Positions 25,893-37,560 of a stretch of 64,000 nt of DNA are shown here, in pieces (position 1 is the stretch's first letter; each line of letters starts with the position of its first letter). The translations under genes were made by a program, and so were the position numbers. The stretch is taken from assembly GCA_050084515.1 (NCBI GenBank), contig CM114271.1:22010001-22074000 (forward strand), given 5' to 3'. This stretch comes from Blasia pusilla. Taxonomy: Eukaryota. Under the pieces are notes generated by a model. That model saw nothing but the letters and a program-made list of their open reading frames with translations. It did not search any database and had not been told where the DNA came from.

Positions 25893-28800
25893 ATGAAGGT
25901 TTTGTCCTCTCCGAGTGAGGTCACGATGGAGACTTGGGAGCCTGTGATAGGTCTCAAGTTGATAGGAGGAGAGCGACGGCGAGTTCATAGGTTTCTGAGA
26001 GGGCATGTCAGTTGTTTTGCCTTCAATATGAGAGACTTGGGTACGCTGAAGGGTCCCGGGATACGGATTGAGTTGGCTAGTGATACCCTGATCTTTCGTC
26101 GACCCTACAGATATTTTGATCTGGAGCGAGCCTTGATTCAGAGTAGGAGTCATGACTTGTTGGAGGTAGGACTTGTGGAGTTATCACATGGGGAGTATGC
26201 ATCTGCCACAGTCATGCCGGCGAAGAAGGATAGGTATGGCAATTGGACGGATAGGCGGATGTGTGGAGATTACCGTCCTATCAACCGACAGACGAGGTCA
26301 GATCGATACGGCATGCCTACTCCTGAGGAGATCTTTGATGCGGTAGGGCATGCAAAGATCTTCAGTACTTTAGATCTCTGTGTTGGCTATCATCAGCTTC
26401 CTATCTGGTTGGAGGACAGGGAGAAGACAACATTCTGGGGGATAGATCGGTTCCGGAGAGATTGCTTGTATTAGTGGCGGTTCTTACCATTTGGGTTGAA
26501 GAACGCGCCTGCAGAGTTTCACAGAGTGATGGATAGGATTCAGGCTGGCTTGGATTTTGTACGATGTTACATAGATGATATTCTTATCTTCAGTTCCATG
26601 GTTGAGGAGCATGAGCGACACTTGGAGGAGGTGTTTTGGCGATTGCAGTTACATGGACTGAAGTAACATCCAGGCAAGTGCAAATTCTTTCAGGAGCAGA
26701 TTGAGTACTTGGGACACACCATATACCCGAGTGGGTTAGGCGTTCAGCAGACAAAGGTAGAGGCTATTGCACAGATTCCACGCCCTACAGATGTGAGTCG
26801 AGTCCGAGCATTTCTTGGACTGGCAAACTTCTATCGACGGTATGTCAAGGGTTTTAGTGCGATCGCAAAGTCTTTGACCTTGTTGATGAGACTTGATCAG
26901 GTTTGGTTGTGGGGAGATGATCAGGAGCGAGCATTTCAGGAGCTCAAGGACTGGTTGACATCCTCACCCATTTTACAGAGACCGTTTAGGGATCGCCCAT
27001 TCCAGTTACATACGGATTGGAGCATGTTGGGTCTAGGAGCAGTGCTTACTCAGAGGGATGATGAGGAGAGGGAGTTCGTTGTGGCTTACGCGAGCCGATC
27101 AAACAACATTGCAGAGGCGAAGTACAACTCCTACGAGGGAGAGTGTTTGGCTGCAGTGTGCGCCGAGGCACATTTCAGGTGCTATTTATTCAACAACCCT
27201 TTCACACTTATCACTGATCATCAGCCGTTGAGGTGGTTGATGGAGTCCGACAAGCTTACGGAAAAGCTTGCCAGGTGGGCTCTATTACTACATGAGTATG
27301 AGTTTGAGGTGGTTCATAGGCCAAGTCGGCTGAACCAGGATGCGGATGGGTTGAGTCGTAACCGATGTCCAAGTAGAGAGACGACCTTGGAGCTCGATGG
27401 CACGGAGAGAGTGATGAGGAGATGGTGCCCGGTTGGCATGCATCTGCCTATCTTTGTTGGTTGACTATGGCAGGTCAGCCACAGGTGATGACTCCTGTGG
27501 TAGGGTTGGATGATGAGTCTTTCGATCCGGAGGTTAGTGAGGAGGCGACAGTTGGTCGTGATATCCATGACGATGTGGAGGTTGTGGAGTTCTTGCGCAC
27601 AGGCGTCATAGCGAGTACAGTGAGTGCTAGGGAGCGGGATCGGATCCTACAGAGAGCCAAGAGGTTCACGTGGGAGGGGACTCACATTTTGCGGGTATGG
27701 GGAGATGGTAGGATATGAGTGGTACCTCATCCTTTCCAACGAGCACGTGTAGTGCGACATGCCCATGAGGAGTTGGGACATTTTGGAGTAAAGCGAACTT
27801 ACAGCTTACTCCAGGTTCAGTATTGGTGGCGCGGCATACATACTGGGGTACAGCAATTTGTGGCTAGATGTATGGTATGTGATAGAGTGCAAGCATCCTT
27901 CAATGCTCCCACTCCACAGTTACATCCTTTGCCGATTATGGGTTTAGGTTATCGGTGGAGTTTAAACTTTGCGGGACCTTTGCCATTGACGAGGCGTCAT
28001 CATATGTACGTGTTGGTCATGGTGGAGCATTTTTCCAAGTGGATAGAGTTGGTGGCACTACCAGACAACGCGAGTGAGGGAACAGCTTATGCATTTCTAG
28101 ATCGTGTGCTTAGTCACTTTGGCGCACCGGCGGAGGTGTTGACTAACCAGGGTACCGAGTTCAGGGGAGAGTTTCAGGCCTTCGTGATCAGGCGCTGATA
28201 GATCACCGCACCACGTCCACAAATCATCTTAAGACGGATGGGTTGGCGGAGAGAATGGTACAGACGGTGAAGAGAGGATTGCGCAAGTATGGCTTGCAGC
28301 GGGGACAGTTGAGGGAGTGGGACCTACACTTGCCATGGTTGGCTATAGGTTATCGCTTTAGTCGGCAAGCATCCTTGGCGTCATTTTCACTGTACTTTTT
28401 GCTCTTTGGGAGAGAGCGAGATTTAACTGCAGCGATTCGACTTGACATGGCGGAGGTGTTAGATCTTGATGATCGAGATGTGTGGGTACAACCATGTTCT
28501 CAGAGGGCGGAGGTTTTTCGTAGAGTTATGCATATGGCCTTTGAGAACTTAGCTATTGCCCAGCATAGAGATACATTAAGGTACGCTACCATTCGTGAAG
28601 GAGGTTATCGTCCAGGGATTAGGAGGTTTTATCTTGGAGATTACGTATATTTATAGTAGGTGGCACCCACGACGCTAGATGTCACTGCAGGGCGCACGAT
28701 CATACGTGTGCGCGAGGTATTACCGACCGGAGTCCTCATGTTGGAGAGACGGGATGGTATGGTTTGGAAGGATCATGTGCACAATTGTGCGCCATGTCAT

Positions 28801-28998
28801 CTTCCGAACGTAGATGGGACAGTGGATCCGAGCTTGGCAGTGGTACCTGCAGGCTTGAGGTGTATGTTGTGCGGATCTGCGAGGGGTGCAGCCACCATAT
28901 TGGTATGTGATGGTTGTTCTCGAGGGTGGCATATGTCATGTCTGACCCCCCCTCTTGATGTGGTTCCCACGGGACGATGGATGTGTCCGAGATGTGTA
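25893..28998 (+). pseudogene. RT, RNase H, integrase and C-terminal PHD finger of the MTase-gypsy element
   Basis: RMCGDYRPIN, PFGLKNAP, CYIDDILIFS; LHTDWSMLGLGAVL; HAHEELGH...CMVC, SLNFAGP, LTNQGTEF, GLAERMVQTVK; C4HC3 PHD at 28861-28998. Confidence 0.9.
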
Positions 28999-29813
28999 TA
29001 GGGTAGTAGGTCATGTCAGAGAGATGTGATATTTTCTATCTAGAGTTGGGGGGATCCAATTGCCAACTAGGGGGGCGGTTTTGTGATCTCCATGTATATG
29101 TATGAGTTGATTTTTGTACATGTATGGATCGACCCGTGTGTGGGGAAGATCAATGTTATGTGGTGTAGATGTGACTAGCGATGTATGTTGTGTAGCAATA
29201 TGTATGCGCACGACAGCTCTCACATCTGAGTAGCCTATAGGCTGAGATCTATTGTGGATAGGGTGTAGGAGCCAGCGGACTATCTTGAGTGTAACTTTGT
29301 CCCACTGTGTCGGATGAGGTTGAGGATAGGTCCATTGTGCCACGAACGTTGTTTCTCATAACTTTAATGTTGAGGTCTTCCACAGCCGGGTGACTTGTTG
29401 ACCAGGTCTCCCGCCCCTAGTAACCTGTGCACGCACGTTACCAAGGGGAGGGCTATTTTTAGGGGAAGAGCCTTTTGGCTCTTCCCAACCCTATATAAGA
29501 GAGGAAGATGGCTTTCTTAAGCCATCTTTCTCATGTTGGGCAGTTGGAGCACCTCCCTTGTATGTGTGTGAGATAGGACTAGGATGCTAACGTCCGGATT
29601 CCTTGACAGCACAGGGTGGACGAGACTCGATATGTCGATGTAGATTGAGGAGTGGAGTTTTAGGCCGGGTGTGCCGTTGTGGGATCTCCATGTATATGTA
29701 TGAGTTGATTTTTGTACATGTGTGGATCGACCCATGTGTGGGGAAGATCGGTGTTATGTGGTGTAGATGTGACCAGCGATGTATGTTGTGTAGCGATATG
29801 TATGCGCACGACA

Positions 29814-32800
29814 ACATCGAAGGAAAACCATACCAGCAAAGCACCTTCCCCAGCGGTCGGAAAGTCCAGTAAAGGGGACAGCGAGGAAGGCAGGCAAGTC
29901 TGCCATTGAAGAGCTTAGTAAACAAATGGTGAAATTGAAGGTACATCTGGCGGCCCAGAAGGATCCCAGAAGACGACCAGGTCTGATGAGGCCCAACATC
30001 TGGTGCAATATCTGCTACGGAACCCAAGGGCATACTGCTCAAGAATGTCATACTCAGAGAGATTTACATTGGATCCAAGAAGATCCAACTACACAAGAAG
30101 GGTGGTATGAACCCGAACAGTGAGAAGGGTGTTATGCAATCCAAGCTATGCCATCGCCTAATCCCGGACAAAGTTGGATCACCCGATATGTGCCTCCGGA
30201 ATACGGGGATTAGAGACCCCTAAGACAGATTATGGGCGCGGCAGCCTTCACGCCACCCATAAAAAGGAATTGTTGTTATAAGTGCGGAGCAGCTGACCAT
30301 TGGGCTAATAATTGCCCAAATCCAAAGCGGCCAGTAGGACTCAATCCATTGTGCAGAAATTGCAAAAAGGGCGGGCACACTGCAGTGGAATGCCCGGAGC
30401 CCAAGGTCCCACGGTTGTTGGTAAAGTATGTCAATACCCCAGCAGCCCAACCAGAGTCCAAGAATGACGTAAATGTGCAACTCGTCCGAGTGGAAGAGTT
30501 AGGGTCCCCCAGGACAAGGCGAGTGAGTCACTATCAGGGAGGAGGACTGCGACAGAACGGCGGCCGAAGAATCATCAAACTGGCCCAAGGAGCTCCAAAA
30601 CACCGTTCTTACTGTCACCACGAGGTCCAAGAACCAGACCGCTGGGACCCCAAGGCAAGGAAAGGTGCTTCGTCTTCGCGCGAAGCTAAAGACCCCAAGA
30701 CCAAAAGTGTCGACGACTTCCGCGGCGGGAAGGCCATCCTAAAAGGCGATGTTGACCCGGCCTTCAATCAAAGTCACCCTAAGTACTTCCATCAAGATAT
30801 CGAGGACCAGGTTTGGGCTCAAGTGCGCCAGGACCAAGGGCCAGAAGGGAGGCAGACCACAGAGAAGGCGAGAACCAGAATGATTCCGGCAGTACAAGCC
30901 ATCGTGACGTCACCTCTGGTCTTGGAAGCCTATGACTTACTCATGGACTTGACATAAACCCTGGCCAATATAACCCTGCTGCAATTATTAATGGATAACC
31001 CTGTGTACGGCAAAATTTTGCAGCAGTGGAAGATAAGCCGCAGAAAACCCAAGAAGTCTGCAAAGAATCTACCAGTAGTGGATCTGTTCTGTATCAAAGT
31101 GGAAGATTTGGGAGCCCCAGAGGTAGAAGTGGAGATTGAGGGACACACCATTAAGAAGGTCCCCATTGACTTGGGAAGTGGAATTAACATAATGACGGAA
31201 CAGACGGCCCAAGCACTAGGATACACGGAGTACGAGCCCACCGACAAGTATCTACGGTTCGTGGATCAGTCCCGGAAGCGACCCCTCGGACAACTCACTC
31301 AGATCCTGACCATGCTCGGCGAAGTGCTATTTCTGTTGGACTACTTAGTGTTGCAGCCCTTAACAACCACTGACTATCCTTTGCTTATTGGAAGAACCTG
31401 GCTCTACGGTGCGAGAGTGACTACGGACTGGAAAAGGAGATGATTCACGTTTCAAGCTCCGGACCAGATCTCAAAGCGACTCATCAAGTTGTCGTGGAAA
31501 TCACGACCACCCCAAGGAGAAACACCACCAATTGATGAAGGCTATACGTCAGATCAAGAGCGGACTATAGCTACGGAGTCCTCGTATAATGTGTATTATT
31601 TAGAATGTTACGAAGAGGAAGAGAAGCTGGGTCATAGCACATTCCACTTCACAGAAAATATGGTTCAAGAAAAAGACTACATAGAGGTCTTAATTACATG
31701 TCATAAGTCTCTACGCCTCTTGGCGGATTTGTCTCCAACCGAACTCATTAAGTACAAAAGGTCATTGTTTGAGTATTTGGATGTGTTTGCGTACTCCATG
31801 GATGAAATGACATGCATTCCAGCATGGTATGGTGAACACCGAATTGATCTAAAAGAAGGTGCGGTCTCGATACGGATGAGGCAATATCGTCTCGACCCAA
31901 AGTACTCGTTGTTAGTCAAGGACGAAATCGACCAGCGTCTCGAAGCAGGAATAATTTATCCTGTGTTAAGTAGCGAGTGGGTGTCGCCCACTGCAATTGT
32001 ACCCAAAAAACAAACGGGAAAAATCAGAGTGTGCCAGGATTATCGGAAATTGAATTCGACCACCTTAAAGGACCATCACCCCCTACCTTTCACTGACAGT
32101 ATTTTGGACAAAGTCGCCGGCCACGAGTGTTATACCTTCTTGGATGGATACTCGGGTTATAACCAGGTATCCATAGGAGAAAAAGATCGGCCCCTCACAA
32201 CTTTCACGACGGACTGGGGAACTTTCGTGTATCGTGTGATGCCCTTTGGGTTGTGCAATGCGCCGGCCACCTTCCAATGGTTGATGATCTCCATCTTCCA
32301 AGAGTATCTGCGGAAGTTTGTTGAAATTTTCCTGGACGACTTTTGTATCTTCAGTATCGAATCCAAACACTTGGAAAAATTAGAATAAACCCTTGCTCGT
32401 TGTCGCGAAGTGCATTTGTCCGTCCATCCGGAAAAATCGTATATTGCCATGAAACAAGGGATTTTGTTGGGGCACAGAGTGTCGGCTCAAGGAATTGAAG
32501 TTGACAAGGCCAAGGTGGATATTATTGTCATATTAGAACCACCCACAAATCTTCGAGAATTGAGAGGATTCTTGGGACACGTCGGATATTACCAACGGTT
32601 TATTAGGGTTTATGCCGTAAAAGCAGGAGCCCTTACCGCGTTACTTAAAAAAACTACCGAATGGGAGTGGACTCCACCCTGCCAAGCGGCATTTGACGCC
32701 TTAAAGGGAGCACTACAAAAGGCTCCTGTACTTCGGTCCCCTAAGTGGACCAAACCCTTCCACTTATATGTGGACACATCCTCGTTTGCCATTGGAGTGG

Positions 32801-34597
32801 TGCTCAACCAACTGGATGAGAACAAACATGATTTCCCGGTTTACTGTGCAAGCCAGCAACTGTCTTCAGCGGAACAGAAATATACAATTACCGAACGAGA
32901 AGCGTTAGGCATGGTCTTCTCGTGCAAAAAGTTCCGTCACTATTTATTAGGGTACGAGTTTGTCTTCCATGTAGATCATTTCGCGCTCCGACCATTAATG
33001 GTTAAGGCGGACCTGTCAGGTCGCATTGCACGATGGATCCTGTTACTCCAAGAATTCACATTTTATGTCATTACCCGTGCCGGCAAGTTTCATACCAACG
33101 CGGATTTTCTTTCTCGGTTGAGGATGATGAAGGCGGACCTCACACAATCCGTGGATGACACCTTTCCCGATGAAGACCTATTCCTGATAACGGAGGACCG
33201 TTGTGCCAATCCTTTTATGAAGATATTTTGCGTTTCTTAATTACTTTGCGACTTCCCGCCCCTATGACAACGGAGGAACGAGCAGTCTTTTTACATATGA
33301 TAGGACCATATGAGATATATCAGGGGATACTATTCAAATTAGGTGCGGATGAAGAGTATCGGCGATGCTTGGAAGTAGAAGAAATCCCCCACGTCATCAG
33401 AGCCATGCATGCGGCTGATTCTGGTGGACACTACGCTGTAAAAAATACCGTTAAGAAAATATTGGCCGCACGTTATTGGTGGCCAACTATGTACCAAGAT
33501 GTAGGTTACTTTATCCAAAGTTGTGATGCATGCCAAAGAGCAGGTCGACCAACGGCTACCTCAAGGTGGCCTTTGATACCCATCATGCCGCTAGCGCCAT
33601 TTGAAAAATGGGGTATTGACTTTGTGGGCCCCATTTCCCCCGCTACTCGCCACACAAGGCAAAAATATATTTTGATAGCTACCGACTATTGTACCAAGAT
33701 GATGGTGGAGGTGGTGGCCACGCGCAAAGATGATAGTGGGGCTGTGGCCAAATTTTTATACGAAATGATTATCACTCGGTATGGCTTCCCGTTGGAATTA
33801 GTAAGCGATCGAGGCACCCATTTTCTGAACCAAACTATTTAGTCCTTAACGTCACACTTTCTCATTAAGCATCGAAAGACCATGCCCTATAACCCTAAAG
33901 CCAACGGGTTGACTGAAAAAATCTAACGGCCTGATCTGCCGGATATTGAAATCGATTGATGGTAACGTATTCCTATGATTGGGACATGAAAATTTCCGCG
34001 GCATTGTGGGCATACCGAATAGCCGAGAAGGTTACTACAAAGTATACCCTGTTCTTCCTGACTTATGGCGTTCATCCCTTAACACCTATTGAATGGGCTT
34101 TGCCCACTTATCGAGTGTTGGAAGGAACAAGAACGGAGGCAGTCGGTGAGGTTTTACAAGGAAGGAATGAGACCTTAGTTGCGTTGGAGGAAGCACGCAC
34201 GTTGGCTTTACGCCACACCAAACATGTGCAAAATGAACGCAAGCAACGATACGATCGACATCTCCGGCCGCAATCTATAAGCATTGGAGATCTGGTGCTG
34301 TTGTATGATAACCGTTGGCTAAAGTTCCCCAGAAAGTTAAAATTAAATTGGATGGGACCCTACCGGGTATTGGCCATCTATGATAACGGATCACTACAGT
34401 TGGGGACCTTACAGGGCAAATCCCTGCCCACTCATGTCAATGGGATGCATGTTCGGCGGTATCATGAGCCTCAACCCTACCGGAGGGAAGGGGGTGAGCG
34501 ACTGCTTGAAGCTTTGCAAAAGGGCAAAGCGCCAGGATACTGGAACTTCACAGAAGCGCGATGTATGGGAGCTTTGCAGAAGCGCGAGAGTTTATGA
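29814..34597 (+). pseudogene. gag C-terminus and pol of the Athila-like element
   Basis: CNICYGTQGH, CYKCGAADHWANNC, CRNCKKGGHTAVEC; RVCQDYRKLN, MPFGLCNAPATFQ, IFLDDF; LYVDTSSFAIG; integrase core; GPY tail WMGPYRV. Confidence 0.88.
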
Positions 34598-34711
34598 GCT
34601 TCGCAAAAGAGCGAAGCGCCAAACTGACTGTTGCAGTCCCGGCGCCAAGGCTAGAGCACGCATAACGCTGGGACTATATAAGCGTCCCTACTTAATCGGA
34701 CGGGTATTTTC

Positions 34712-36346
34712 ATGGATGGAGTCACCACAAAGTTGCGTAGCAGACCAAAGCGGGGCGTTCACCGAGATCAACCTACCAGCATGCCTCATGAAGACTCCAC
34801 GCCCATTTTGCGAAGCGCGGCCATGCCTATGGTCAAGCTGTCACCAGAGTTGGTCAAAGCGCTTGAGGAACGGTCTTTGGCGACTTTCTTTCAAACAAAT
34901 TGGACCTTGACGTCCGGGGAACTCCTTGGGGAGCTTCGTTCCTCGACTGCAGAAGCCAAGTTTCGAAGAAAGGGTCTTTGATATCGAGCTCAGCCACAAC
35001 AATGGACGTCGGATGACTGGCGAGCAACTTATATGCTCCCGGCCGCTCCAGAGGTATGATTATGACACCGAATTTATAAAGCACAAAGATTTGTTGGCAC
35101 TCGGTTGTGTAACGTCTGATCGCCTTGGTAGGAATGGCTACAAGGCTACTTCGTTGTCACCGCCATTGTTTGGATAGTTTTGCAAGCATGTGATGACTAT
35201 GTTTTATCCTGCTCGTTCTTACTACCTCACAAATAAGCTCTTCAAGATGTGCTATAGCCTTTGGAATCAGTACCTGGACCCCGAAGCACCGGGAGTCGAC
35301 TTCGCTTCTTTTGTGGACGGGCACGTACGCGCAATGCTAGAAGCACTTCATTGGAGCACGAAGTCATTCCCGTCTCCTTTTTTAATCCATATATATATTC
35401 ATAGGCAGGAATTGACGGCCAACGAGGCGCTAGATTGGTCGCAAGTCACTCCCGTCCGCCTGCCAAGAAAGAGTGGAATGGTCACTAATGGGAGCCGCGA
35501 AGTCACCCCACCACGCGAAGCAGCCCCAAAGCAACATCCGCATACTTCAGCTTCAGGGAAGGCCGAGGTGTTCACCGAATTTCCAAGACCAAAGCGCGGC
35601 AGGGTCAATTTCGAAACACCCTCGGAAGCAGAACCCGCAACTCAGGAGGACTCCGACGAGACGCCTCGTGCTAACGATCACCGTCCTGCTCTTCGTCTTA
35701 TGTCCCAGACAGCCAACGACATGGTGTGGTTCCTAAATTTGGCTGTCCCGGTCATGATTAACTTCAACATGTTCTCCACCAAGAAGACACAACGGCAGTG
35801 GACGAGTATTTACAAGCCCTTTATGACCTCAACTGGAGGGCCCAATCTTCGTCAGAGAACAAAGCACAACGCAAAGTGGCGGAAGCAAATCTTCAGCTGT
35901 GGGATCAAGAACTCAAAGACACTAAGACGACGCTTCGCAAAGTTCAAAGCGACTTGGTCCAGAGTTAGTACAAAGCACGGAACGCACGCCAATGAGAGAG
36001 CTTGGCGATTAACCTGGAGTGTGGCGCTGATCAGTTAGCTTCGCAGGTCAAGGAAGCTTCGCAATTGATTCAACAATATCGACACCAAATGCATCATATT
36101 AGCAACGAATTCAAGAAATTGGCGACACAACATCCTCAGTCTTCAAAGTTGCTTCAAGAACACCAAGAAACAAACAAAGACTTAGTGGCCCAGTGGTCGG
36201 TTGCTATAGGGAGGATTGCTGTCTTGGAGGCAGAACAAAAGTTGCTCAACAAAGTGGAGTTAGACCCAGAAGATGTCAAGGAGATTCAAAGTCAAATAAA
36301 TCTTCTTTATAATCCTATCTTGTTTATTACCAGTTATCATCAATAA
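34712..36346 (+). pseudogene. Extra ORF downstream of pol (unknown function, coiled-coil-like C-terminus), frameshifted
   Basis: Consecutive sense ORF pieces 34712-34981, 34926-35177, 35190-36038 and 36002-36346 between the integrase and the 3' LTR remnant. Confidence 0.55.
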
Positions 36347-36618
36347 TTACATAATCTCGGTGACATTACAATGTACATAAGCATTAGAATGCCATCAAGA
36401 CACATTGTAATGGGTAAGAGGTTGGTTATCACCTCTTCCTCCGAAATCTTAGATTATTCTTTCCTCTTGTTCTATATTTTTTATCTCCATCTAACCTGGT
36501 TGATATGAGGCTGTCTCCTCAGAAATTGTAATTTCAAACTCTCTTTTCATCAAACAATGATCCACTTGGGGATCGAACTTAGTAAACGACTGTAAAATAG
36601 AAACTCTTGTACACTACA

Positions 36619-37560
36619 ATACTTATGGACTAGTCGTGAGATATTGTGTAATGAGAGTCTATGTACGGTCTTATCCCTCTCAACATAAAAGTATATATGT
36701 TCTCGTACTCCGACCTACAACACTCCGACCAAAGTAGTACTAATCCCTCCAAAGAGATCTAGTATCTGTACACCCTCCTCAGGATACTCCCACACAATTG
36801 GTGTGGTGTCCAAGGATGCCAACATCTTCACTGCTAGGGCATGCGGTAACTTTGTCGCATCTCACTTTGAAGCATAGGCTCGTTTCCACGCCTGCCCCAT
36901 GAGCTTGTTTGCACTCCTCTGTATATCAATGCTCATTCCCCATAGAGCAAAAAAAAAGGATCGCCAATAGATGTGGTCATGCTTGTCATCGCATGAGCAT
37001 CGCATGCCATTTCTCAAGACTATCCTCTACAAGAATATCCTCTACATGGGCGTTCCCATGCAATGAATTTCCATGCCAACATAATCTGCCACAATAATTG
37101 CAACAGTTGTGGTCGACTTTGGGAGTGAATCACCAAGTCTCCCTGCACACCGCACGAGTAGCTGATTGGCTCATCCCTCACTTGATTTCTAACCTGGTTG
37201 ATATGAGGCTGTCTCCTCCCAAAAGCAAGTGTAAATCCTAGGGGATACAATGAGGTATTCCCTACCAAAACATCGCAGGACTCGGTCGGCATCACCATTG
37301 CTTGGATCCACACCATTGCACTATTAGTAGGATGATAGGGTCGTGAGGCATGTACTGTGTTGGGGATGTGCCTCCTAGTGGAGTCTGAATCTGAGACGGA
37401 CATGGAGAGATCTCACGTTTCCGCAATCCCATCACTACATATGTCGCCTTCCTCCACATAAGGGATTGAGCTCCTAAATCAAGAAGAACACGCTGCAAGC
37501 GATACATGACTCAAGACGGATCAACCAAATGGAAAACTCCATCTTGGTTGTCAAGACAAA
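36619..37560 (-). mobile_element. Older methyltransferase-gypsy copy, right piece (protease to MTase motif II)
   Basis: The minus strand reads LDNQDGVFHLV...RVLLDLGAQSL...SCDVLVG...YPLGF...ISRLVHKY and joins the left piece in frame across the TSD. Confidence 0.85.

Larger units (their letters stand above)
20243..29813 (+). mobile_element. Ty3/gypsy retrotransposon carrying a C5-cytosine DNA methyltransferase and a PHD finger, with split direct repeats
   Basis: Repeats A1 20243-20674 / A2 29218-29649 and B1 29081-29215 / B2 29677-29813. Near-TSD GCAT/ACAT; removing the element restores the host gag frame (PKH|RRKT...IEELSKQMVKLKVHL). Internal order: gag, PR, MTase, RT, RH, INT, PHD. Confidence 0.9.
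17508..36618 (+). mobile_element. Ty3/gypsy non-chromovirus (Athila/Phygy-like) LTR retrotransposon, degenerate, carrying a nested insertion
   Basis: TGT...ACA ends with a 5-bp TSD ATACT (17503-17507, 36619-36623). 5' LTR 17508-18777; tRNA-Asp-type PBS; gag (19424-20242 and 29814 onward, CCHC knuckles); protease IDLGSG; RT FLDD; RNase H; integrase HHCC and GIDFVGP..SDRGTHF; extra 3' ORF; 3' LTR remnant 36521-36618. Confidence 0.88.

Noticed and set aside
20243-29813. DIRS/Ngaro (tyrosine recombinase) classification
   Set aside because: No YR motifs seen; the element has an aspartic protease and an HHCC/DDE integrase in gypsy order.
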